A DNA stretch of 50,913 bases, taken from Salmonella phage slyngel. The first letter of the stretch is position 1, and each line of letters starts with the position of its first letter. Shown here in pieces: positions 21,501 through 28,423 of the stretch. The position numbers and the translations under genes are program-made. Under the pieces are notes generated by a model that was not told where the DNA came from, did not search any database, and was given only the letters and a program-made list of their open reading frames with translations. The DNA lies in the sequence record MT074433.1; one strand, 5' to 3'.

Positions 21501-22003
21501 AGTTTGGAGATGTTGAATCAGCGCTGGCAGAAAAACTTGATTCATGGGCTGGCGTTAATGGAGTTGGCGCACAGTACGCAATGAAACTTGGATTGACATA
21601 CAACGGGCAGAAGTACAGCGCTGGTATGGTGATGCAGCTTTCGCAGGGTTCATCCGGCCTTATTTCGCAGATTTTGTTTGATGCGAACAGGTTCTCCATC
21701 ATGACAAGTTCGACTGGAGGGTCGTATACATTGCCTTTTGTGGTAGAAAATAACCAAGTTTTCATCAACAGCCTGTTAGTGAAAAACGGATCAATCACAA
21801 ACGCCATGATCGGTAACTTCATCCAATCAAACAATTACGTTTGGAATCAGGCGGGGTGGAGGCTGGACAAAAACGGCACGTTTGAAAATTATGGTTCTAC
21901 TCCTGGAGAGGGGGCCATGAAAATGACAAACGAAACGATCAGCGTTAGGGATGCAAACGGAGTTTTGCGTGTTCAGATTGGTAGGCTGACTGGTGCGTGG
22001 TAA
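18578..22003 (+). CDS. central tail tip / host specificity protein, lambda J-like
   Basis: 1141 aa; MAENMITGSKGGSSKPYVPKE start, fibronectin III-like segments, position. Confidence 0.92.
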   Translation: MAENMITGSKGGSSKPYVPKEMEDNLISINKIKILLAVSDGECDPGFTLRDLYLDDVPVIADDGTVNYQGVKAEFRPGTQTQDYIQGFTDTSSEVTLARDITTSNPYVISVTNKTLSAIRIKMLMPTGIKQEDNGDLVGVKVTYAVDMAVDGDSYKEVLLDTIEGKTRSGYDRSRRIDLPAFNDRVLLRVRRVTADSASSRVTDLIKLQSYAEVIDAKFRYPLTGLVYVEFDSELFPNQIPNISIKKKWKLINVPSNYDPVMREYHGSWDGTFKKAWSNNPAWVLYDIITNQRYGLDQRELGVQVDKWSLYEAAQYCDQKVPDGKGGTEPRYLCDVVIQSQIEAYQLIRDICSIFRGMSFWNGESLSIVIDKPRDPSYIFTNDNVVDGDFQYTTASEKSMYTQCNVTFDDEQNMYQQDVEGVFDTEAALRFGYNPTSITAIGCTRRSEANRRGRWILKTNLRSTTVNFATGLEGMIPSIGDVIAIADNFHSSNLKLNLSGRVMEVSGLQVFAPFKIDARPGDFIIINKPDGKPVKRTISKVSGDGKTIELNIGFGFDVKPDTVFAIDRTDIALQQYVVTSIGKGDDDDEFTYSITAVEYDPNKYDEIDYGVNIDDRPTSIVQPDTMAAPENVQISSYSRIVQGASVETMVVSWDKVPYASLYEMQWRKGDGNWLNTPQTANKEIEVEGIYSGNYQVRVRSVSASGSTSPWSRIVTASLTGKVGEPGAPVNLTASDNEVFGIRVKWGMPEGSGDTAYIELHQSPDGTAENSSLLTLIPYPQYEYWHGTLPAGHVVWYRIRSVDRIGNVSGWTDFVRGMASDDVDAVLGDILDKIFDTEAGKDLKENAIDSANKIKDQAQSIIQNALANDADVRIMRKENGKRKAEFRQSIQLIANETEARVTAMTQLKAEFDEEITSEVTRLDQAIATESETRATAIEELKSQIGDDIQGQLTRVEEAIASETEARVSADTALTAKFGDVESALAEKLDSWAGVNGVGAQYAMKLGLTYNGQKYSAGMVMQLSQGSSGLISQILFDANRFSIMTSSTGGSYTLPFVVENNQVFINSLLVKNGSITNAMIGNFIQSNNYVWNQAGWRLDKNGTFENYGSTPGEGAMKMTNETISVRDANGVLRVQIGRLTGAW

Positions 22004-22010
22004 AATCAAA

Positions 22011-22031
22011 GCGGGGCGCTTGCCCCGCATT
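22011..22031 (+). terminator. possible intrinsic terminator
   Basis: GCGGGGC-GCTT-GCCCCGC-ATTTAT; weak U-tract. Confidence 0.5.
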
Positions 22032-22046
22032 TATGGAGGTTTAATA

Positions 22047-22352
22047 ATGGCTGAGTATGGAATTTCAACGTGGGATGCAAACGGTAATTATAATAACTAT
22101 GGGATCAAGCCTGTTTCAGTTGTTGGTATCATTTCTTTAAGTCAAGGCCAAACAAGTGGATCTTGGTCCTTTACAATACCAAGCGGGATGAAAGTAGGAT
22201 TCGCAATTGCTCTTGATCAAGGTGATGTTGGCGTGGGGAGGAATATAGTAGCATCAGGAAATACAATAAAAGTTTCACCTGCAAGTAACGTTGGGCCTGG
22301 AAATTATGCTGCGTCTGCTTGTGAATTGGTAGTTTTTGTGGAGAAATCTTAA
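22047..22352 (+). CDS. tail-tip-associated hypothetical protein
   Basis: ORF with SD GGAGG, starts MAEYGISTWDANG. Confidence 0.7.
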   Translation: MAEYGISTWDANGNYNNYGIKPVSVVGIISLSQGQTSGSWSFTIPSGMKVGFAIALDQGDVGVGRNIVASGNTIKVSPASNVGPGNYAASACELVVFVEKS

Positions 22353-23025
22353 TATGAGTTACGGCGCTTTATTAAATCTTAATAACGGCAATCCATTTGT
22401 TACGCCAAATTCAACGCCTTTTGTATTATATAAAAAAGTAAATGTATCATCTTCCGCTAACGGAGTTTTTCAATCAGCATCAACTAATATTCAAATCAGT
22501 TCAAGTTATCCGGCAATAGCATTTTTGAAAACAACTTACACAGCACAACCAACAACAGTTGGATCAAGAAGAAATGGAGACAGTATAGTTGTTAGCTCAA
22601 GCAATCCATTTGGTCAATCACACACTTTAACAGCTTATGTTTTTGCAAGATTCCCTCAGCCATTGCCAAAATATGGAATGGCAATTTGGGATGAAGGAGG
22701 AACGTGTATATTAACAAATGAATCAAAGGTTTTAACAGATCTAGTGACCATTGGGACACCTGGAGTTAATGGGGGTATAAATATAGATGAAACGTTATCA
22801 GGAAGTTATGCAGTATCACCAGGAATATTGGGTTCTACTCTAATTAGATTTTTTGTTCAAGGTCAACCACAGGTGATTTCTATTACTGCATACACAGGAG
22901 CCAGGTTTAACGGGTCAACAACAAGAATATCAGCAGCAAGCGGTAATAATGCAACTGGATCTGTTGTTGGATATACAAATAATGGCAATGCAATAACAGC
23001 CATAAAGACTGACATTTACGACTAA
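22352..23025 (+). CDS. putative tail fibre/tip-associated protein
   Basis: ORF downstream of J, Ser/Thr/Asn/Gly-rich; internal ATG at 22352 favoured. Confidence 0.65.
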
Positions 23026-23028
23026 TGA

Positions 23029-23056
23029 AAAAGGGGGCTTTCGCCCCTTTATTTTT
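23029..23056. terminator. intrinsic terminator between convergent genes
   Basis: AAAAAGGGGGC-TTTC-GCCCCTTTTT. Confidence 0.8.
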
Positions 23057-23058
23057 AT

Positions 23059-23286
23059 TTACAGACTGCAATCAGCGTTTTTAAAGTTATCAATGCTTAC
23101 CCACTGAAAATTAAACGGATAGCCAGCCTTAACAATAGTGCGGTCGCCAACTCGTTTTACTCCAAAAATAGCAACTGAATACTGCATACCGCTATTTTCA
23201 TAAATAGCCGTGCATTCACGCTTAGGCATATTTGCACATCCAGTCAGTGTAACGGTTGCAATCAAAACGGCGATTAACTTTTTCAT
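23059..23286 (-). CDS. small lipoprotein (possible superinfection exclusion)
   Basis: Signal peptide plus lipobox LTGC. Confidence 0.7.
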   Translation of the reverse strand: MKKLIAVLIATVTLTGCANMPKRECTAIYENSGMQYSVAIFGVKRVGDRTIVKAGYPFNFQWVSIDNFKNADCSL

Positions 23287-23317
23287 GTTGGTATCTCCTT
23301 AGTTGTTGTTGGTTGCA

Positions 23318-23361
23318 ACTATACACGATCTTTCGGTGGGCGTTTAGCAAAAAGTGCTATT
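23318..23361 (-). promoter_or_regulatory. conserved phage promoter motif
   Basis: rc: AATAGCACTTTTTGCTAAACG; TTGCTA-21 nt-TATAGT. Confidence 0.75.
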
Positions 23362-23448
23362 CTGTTCTTTTTGTTCTCCAATGTTCTCAAATCTGCGGAG
23401 GCTTAAATTTAGCTCAAAAAGTGAACAGCAATAGAGCGCTATACATGC

Positions 23449-23606
23449 AGATAAATATATATACATACATATAAATCAATAAGTTAGTAGTATATATATT
23501 TATATTTGTTTTTTCTCGTTATCTATGTTTTGTGGGATTTTGTGTGTCTGGTAATTTTTATGTGGTTGTGTATGTGTCAGTGTTTGTGTGTCTATATATC
23601 TATATC
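23449..23606. repeat. ori-like element copy A (AT-rich core plus G/T-rich tract)
   Basis: Shares AAATCAATAAGTTAGT..TATAT.TATTTATATTTGTT with 45052-45089, followed by a C-poor tract. Confidence 0.7.
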
Positions 23607-23728
23607 CGGCGCAAATGGAGGAACAAGAGAACAAAAAGACAACAAAGATATTTATCAATCACTTACATGTAAGTTTTGTTATCAGATTCGCCTGGAACGT
23701 TGTTAGAACAGGAAAAACAAAATAACTG

Positions 23729-23756
23729 TTGACTAAACGCATTAAATAGCTAAAAT
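23729..23756 (+). promoter_or_regulatory. sigma70-like promoter of the recombination module
   Basis: TTGACT-16 nt-TAAAAT. Confidence 0.6.
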
Positions 23757-23785
23757 GCAGGTATACCAACAAACGAGGGCAAATC

Positions 23786-24847
23786 ATGAATAAGTTTATG
23801 GCGTACACCAGCGAAGAAATGAGTAATGAGCTTTATCACGATCCAGAGGCGTGGACGGCTGATTATGTTAGCGGATCAAGCCTTGCAGAGATTTACAGCA
23901 CATGCCCTGCGGCGTGGAAGTTCAAGCCGCGTGACGATAAGAGCAAGGCGCTAGTTTTTGGTACGCAGTCGCATACCAACTTTGAAAGCAAGGATCTTTT
24001 CGAAAAAACCTATCGCCGTGCGCCAGCGCCAGAAGACTTTAAGGATCTGATAACCAGCCAAACGGCGCTTGCTGCAAAGCTGAAATCATTTGGCCTGAAA
24101 GGTACAACCGGAAAGACTTACCCAGAACTTATAAAAATGATGGTTGACTGCGGAGAAGACCTTAACGTCATGTGGTTAATCGACATGATCGCAGAAAGTC
24201 AGGCCAGGGCCGATGGGGTTCAGTTAATCGAGGCTAAAGATTACGATTCGTGCGTGGCAATGCGCCAGGTTCTGGAATCAATACCTGAACATAACGCATG
24301 TATGAATAGCAAGACGGCACAGCGTGAATTATCGTTGTTCGGTGAAATTAACGGCGTAAAAGTCAAAGTGCGATGCGATCACGTTGACGTAACAAAGAAC
24401 GTCACCGCAACGCTGATTGATGGTTACGATGAAAAAGGCCAGCCGATTTGCCGCGATATTATTTATCCAGAGGCCATTGTGATCACAGACTACAAAACTA
24501 CAATGAGCGCGAATCCGGCTGAGTTTATGCGCCTGGCTTACAATCACGGCTATTATTTGAAAATGGCGTTGCAATGTGATTTATTCAGAAAAGCGTATCC
24601 AGAAGAAAAGCGACCTATAGTTGTGCGACTGTTAGCGCAAGAGAAGAAAGAGCCTTATTTGCCGTTGGCTTTCCGCATGAACAGCGAGCAATTGAAGATC
24701 GGGCGCATTCAGTACATGAGCGTGATTAACCAGTTTGCCATGTGCCAGCAACATGACGTTTGGCCTTCGTATTCAAACGGTGATCCTGAGGTTTGCCTTG
24801 ATACTCCTGATTGGGTTCGACGCCAGTTTAAGCAATATCTTATTTAA
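23786..24847 (+). CDS. RecE/PDDEXK-like recombination exonuclease
   Basis: FGTQSHTNFESKD...VRCDHVD...IVITDYKTT...GYYLKMALQCDLFRK; upstream of ERF. Confidence 0.82.
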   Translation: MNKFMAYTSEEMSNELYHDPEAWTADYVSGSSLAEIYSTCPAAWKFKPRDDKSKALVFGTQSHTNFESKDLFEKTYRRAPAPEDFKDLITSQTALAAKLKSFGLKGTTGKTYPELIKMMVDCGEDLNVMWLIDMIAESQARADGVQLIEAKDYDSCVAMRQVLESIPEHNACMNSKTAQRELSLFGEINGVKVKVRCDHVDVTKNVTATLIDGYDEKGQPICRDIIYPEAIVITDYKTTMSANPAEFMRLAYNHGYYLKMALQCDLFRKAYPEEKRPIVVRLLAQEKKEPYLPLAFRMNSEQLKIGRIQYMSVINQFAMCQQHDVWPSYSNGDPEVCLDTPDWVRRQFKQYLI

Positions 24848-24861
24848 ACAGCACAAATAGC

Positions 24862-24890
24862 TAAACAAATGAAAAATGCGGTGTTATAAT
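24862..24890 (+). promoter_or_regulatory. promoter-like sequence
   Basis: TAAACA-17 nt-TATAAT preceded by AAATAGC. Confidence 0.6.
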
Positions 24891-24928
24891 TCACCACATA
24901 AGTTAACAACAAGCGAAAGGAAATAAAC

Positions 24929-25207
24929 ATGAAAAACAAACAAGTGTCAGAGGTGGCAGTTCATATTAACAATTTTGCAACTGGCATGGCTATGTTGCTT
25001 CGTGACTTTGTGGCGCCACTTGATCCAACGGCAGGCGAAGAAGAAATGGAGTACATCAGAAAAGTAATGGATGCAGTCGATAACGTCGTACTTATTGCAA
25101 CAATGAGCGAAGACAACAATGAAGCAGTCAAGGCGGTAAAAGAAAGTTCTGATCGCATGATGGAAAATCTGATTAAATTACACACCAAAGAAGAAACAAA
25201 GCACTAA
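24929..25207 (+). CDS. hypothetical protein
   Basis: ORF with SD GAAAGGA between nuclease and ERF. Confidence 0.75.
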   Translation: MKNKQVSEVAVHINNFATGMAMLLRDFVAPLDPTAGEEEMEYIRKVMDAVDNVVLIATMSEDNNEAVKAVKESSDRMMENLIKLHTKEETKH

Positions 25208-25252
25208 CAGCAATAAGGCGGCGAAAGTCGCCATTAATTACGGGAATTAATC

Positions 25253-25909
25253 ATGAAACTATCAGAGCAATTCGACAAGGTTTTACCAGCACTGCATAAG
25301 GCGCGTAGTTTGTTTGTAAAGGTAAAAAAGGATAAGCAAAACACGCACCTCAAAAACCGTTACGCGACACTTGATTCCGTTCTTGATGCAATCACTCCGG
25401 CACTCAACGATAACGAGCTAATGTTGATGCAGGATATGATCGAAAGCGAACAACCTAACCGAATAAAGGTTGAAACTACAGTCCTGCATGTTTCCGGTCA
25501 GTGGGTTAAATTCTATGCTGAATTACCAATCGTTAAAAACGATCCTCAAGGTGTAGGATCTGCATTCACATATGCTCGTCGTTATGCAGCCGCAGCAGCA
25601 TTTGGCTTAAGCCAGGCAGACGATGACGCGCAGATTGCCGTTAAATCTGCAAACGACTGGAAGCGTGACATTGAGAAATGTGAAAGCGTAAACGAATTAC
25701 AAGAAGTGCTTAAATCAGCATGGAAGGCAAGCGATCCAGCAAGCAAGCAGGTAATTAAAGAGCATTACGAAAAACGCAAGGCAGAGCTTGAGATCGGAAA
25801 AGCACGAGGATTTAATCCAGCGCAACCAAAGCAAAATCTTGCCTCGCCAGAAGTTGACACAAAAAACGACGAGCAAGTAAAATCACAAAGTATCACTGAT
25901 TTTGAATAA
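25253..25909 (+). CDS. erf: ERF-family single-strand annealing protein
   Basis: [28 protein letters not shown]...[20 protein letters not shown]. Confidence 0.9.
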   Translation: MKLSEQFDKVLPALHKARSLFVKVKKDKQNTHLKNRYATLDSVLDAITPALNDNELMLMQDMIESEQPNRIKVETTVLHVSGQWVKFYAELPIVKNDPQGVGSAFTYARRYAAAAAFGLSQADDDAQIAVKSANDWKRDIEKCESVNELQEVLKSAWKASDPASKQVIKEHYEKRKAELEIGKARGFNPAQPKQNLASPEVDTKNDEQVKSQSITDFE

Positions 25910-25916
25910 TTGACAT

Positions 25917-25938
25917 GGGGCGATTGCGCCCCTTTTTT
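25917..25938 (+). terminator. intrinsic terminator
   Basis: GGGGCG-ATTG-CGCCCC-T(6). Confidence 0.85.
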
Positions 25939-25953
25939 ACAGGAGAATAAATA

Positions 25954-26406
25954 ATGCATATCATTACTGGTGAGATCCGAAAAGAGCCGCGAGCAAAGCA
26001 AATGCCTAACGGCAGCACACTTTATGTGGTTGAACTTTCAGAGCGATACAAAGATAAAGATGGAAACTGGCAATATACAAACTACAGTTTCTTTTTTAAT
26101 GCGAAAACTGACGGACTTAATGGTTGGTATGCTGAGGCGTTCCAGGTTGGCAAAGTTATTTCTGTTTCTTGTGACACTCTGCGCATTGAAACGAGAGAAT
26201 ACAACGGAAAGATGTATTCAAGTTTAATGCCTGGTGGATTTGCAAATCTTATATTCAGCCAGCGAGGGGAGAGCCAGCAACAATATCAGCAGCGAACGCA
26301 AGGAGGGTGGGGCCAACCACAACAACAGAATCAACAGCAACAACAGCAACAGCCAAGACAAAGCAATCAACCTCCTATGGACTTTGATGACGACATCCCT
26401 TTTTGA
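25954..26406 (+). CDS. ssb: single-stranded DNA-binding protein
   Basis: OB-fold-like N-terminus, Q-rich linker, acidic tail PMDFDDDIPF. Confidence 0.93.
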   Translation: MHIITGEIRKEPRAKQMPNGSTLYVVELSERYKDKDGNWQYTNYSFFFNAKTDGLNGWYAEAFQVGKVISVSCDTLRIETREYNGKMYSSLMPGGFANLIFSQRGESQQQYQQRTQGGWGQPQQQNQQQQQQQPRQSNQPPMDFDDDIPF

Positions 26407-26410
26407 TCAG

Positions 26411-26434
26411 TAAAGGGGCATTACGCCCCTTTTT
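26411..26434. terminator. bidirectional terminator
   Basis: AAAGGGGC-ATTAC-GCCCCTTTTT between convergent genes. Confidence 0.85.
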
Positions 26435-26678
26435 CACCTTCAGCAATCCCAAGAACAGCAATCACCTTAACAGCAATTCGCTTTGCAAGTTCAGTTTGAT
26501 GAGCGTTAAGTTTTCCAGTGGTCATTATTGACAGCATTCCGCTCATACTTCCAAGCCCGTTAAAATCTGACATTGCCGATTTCATAATTGATATTGGTGA
26601 ATGACCTTCGTCAGCTATTGTGTGCGCTCTCTCTGACAGGTCTTTAACTACCTGATCAATTCCTTCACTTTTCGTCAT
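26421..26678 (-). CDS. hypothetical protein
   Basis: ORF. Confidence 0.65.
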   Translation of the reverse strand: MTKSEGIDQVVKDLSERAHTIADEGHSPISIMKSAMSDFNGLGSMSGMLSIMTTGKLNAHQTELAKRIAVKVIAVLGIAEGEKGA

Positions 26679-27156
26679 TTGCTTTTCCTTCAGGAGTTGA
26701 TTGTTGTCCTGGCATTACAGGCCATGGGCTAATTGATTCCCTTTCTGCGACTGGCTTTTCAGGTTCAATTCCTAAAAACTTTCCTACAAACTCACCAACA
26801 AAATTTGAGCTATCGCTTACATAAACATGCATCCTGTCCAGATCTGCAACAGTAACGCTATTTGGTGCGATCATGATCCTCTGTTGGTGAAAACCGATAT
26901 ACATCACATTAGCCGGACGCTCAAGAGTCCCCATATTTGGCGCAATTACGCCCATTATCCAACAATAATGAATGTTGCCATCAAGCGGCTCACATCCAGC
27001 GTTAAGCCAGTTTACTTTCTGGTGAGGAAACGCCATTGATGAATCAGTAGCGTCACGCCGTAACGACCATTTAACGCCGCCAATCTCAATGATTTGTTTC
27101 GGCCTCATTCCGTTGAATTGAGTCACGCCAGCGCCATTTTGATTAATGTTTTGCAT
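26665..27156 (-). CDS. hypothetical protein
   Basis: ORF overlapping the next gene. Confidence 0.7.
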   Translation of the reverse strand: MQNINQNGAGVTQFNGMRPKQIIEIGGVKWSLRRDATDSSMAFPHQKVNWLNAGCEPLDGNIHYCWIMGVIAPNMGTLERPANVMYIGFHQQRIMIAPNSVTVADLDRMHVYVSDSSNFVGEFVGKFLGIEPEKPVAERESISPWPVMPGQQSTPEGKANDEK

Positions 27157-27170
27157 ATCGGTTTACCTTG

Positions 27171-27494
27171 TTACATTGATTTCATTTTACGCAATGCGCA
27201 GATACAAGCGGCAGCAAGATCGGTTAATTCTTTCTCAATGCCATGATGCGAGCCGTCTGCCTTTTCGGTCATTAGCTCTTTGTATTCCATCTCCACAATC
27301 GACATTAAGCCGCCTGGCTTGTCAATGTGCGCGTCCCAGGTCTTAGGATAGTGCTTAGTTCTTTCCATAACACTTCCCATAACTGAATCATGTTTGCTAT
27401 CTCGCTCATAATCATCATCATGATCATCACTCCCGATTGAAACTCGCGGCAAATGAATGCGCGGTATTTTATAGCCAGCATAACGGATCTTCAT
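27171..27494 (-). CDS. hypothetical protein
   Basis: ORF; HYPKTWDAHIDKPGG...HHGIEKELTDLAAACICALR. Confidence 0.65.
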   Translation of the reverse strand: MKIRYAGYKIPRIHLPRVSIGSDDHDDDYERDSKHDSVMGSVMERTKHYPKTWDAHIDKPGGLMSIVEMEYKELMTEKADGSHHGIEKELTDLAAACICALRKMKSM

Positions 27495-27543
27495 TATCTC
27501 GCCCTCTTGATGAAAAGCGCCCCGAAAGGCGCTTGATTTATTA

Positions 27544-28245
27544 TCAGCCGCAACAGCCAGTAGGTGGAGTCTGAGGGGTAGGCAGCTTGAAGTTTACCAA
27601 TTGCTCTACCTGGTTGATTTTGCAATTCAGTGCTGCGGTCTGGTTTGCCTGAGAAAGAGCAAAACGCGCTTCCTGCAACTGAGCTTTCATATCGCAAATT
27701 AAAACAGCCTGAGAATCGGCAAACTGTTGGCGAATCAGATCTCGCGTTGCATTTCCTTGTCGCTCAATGTTCAGGTTAGTCTCGCAGCAACATCTCTCCG
27801 CTGCAATCTGTGCCTGATAGGAACGCTCAAGAGCATTAACATCAGCAGCATTAATCGCAGCAACCGTTTGGTTAGTGCCGCTAACAATCGCGGTATTCAG
27901 TCCGGCGAAACCTTGCACCGATGCAAGCAGGTTTTGCGTATTCTGGCTGGTAATGCCGTTAAATGTTGATGCTGCGGAGCGCTCAACGGCAAGGTTTGTG
28001 GAGTTTTGGCCTTGCAGAGTTTGCAGCCCAAGGTTGTTTACGCCTGTCTGAATGTTATTAATACCATCAAGAACAGCGTTAGCACCGACAGCAACAGCCG
28101 CACCATCACCACCATAACCACCACGACCATTAAAGCCGTTACCAAACCATGACCCAATCAGGCCACCAACAGCACCGCCAAGACCAGCCGCGCCAGCTTC
28201 GCCACCAAAACCACCACCAGTAGGGAGTAAAGTCATATCTGACAT
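27544..28245 (-). CDS. Gly-rich/Cys-rich hypothetical protein
   Basis: ORF starting MSDMTLLPTGGGFGGEAG; Gly-rich N-terminus, RCCCETN and C-terminal GCCG. Confidence 0.75.
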   Translation of the reverse strand: MSDMTLLPTGGGFGGEAGAAGLGGAVGGLIGSWFGNGFNGRGGYGGDGAAVAVGANAVLDGINNIQTGVNNLGLQTLQGQNSTNLAVERSAASTFNGITSQNTQNLLASVQGFAGLNTAIVSGTNQTVAAINAADVNALERSYQAQIAAERCCCETNLNIERQGNATRDLIRQQFADSQAVLICDMKAQLQEARFALSQANQTAALNCKINQVEQLVNFKLPTPQTPPTGCCG

Positions 28246-28380
28246 AGTAAATTCCTCTTTGACGTTAAAAAAATTAAAAAAAGTTTGCAACATTTATGTT
28301 ACGACAAAGAGTATGCGCCTAACTGTCAGGAATAGATATAAAACATTTGTAAGCGATATGTAAGCAACTGGCATAAAGAC

Positions 28381-28408
28381 GAAAAAAAGCGCAGCATGAG
28401 CCGCGCTT
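28381..28408 (-). terminator. intrinsic terminator
   Basis: rc: AGCGCGGCTCATGCTGCGCTTTTTTT. Confidence 0.7.
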
Positions 28409-28423
28409 GAGTTAAAAATATTG

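Noticed and set aside
23506-23706. + strand 66-aa ORF in the G/T-rich tract
   Set aside because: Translation (MFFLVIYVLWDFVCLVIFMWLCMCQCLCVYI...) reflects the G/T composition of the DNA rather than coding constraint; no convincing SD.
26280-26360. CAACAG/CAGCAA-rich stretch as a tandem repeat
   Set aside because: It encodes the Gln-rich linker of the SSB protein, a common feature of this family.
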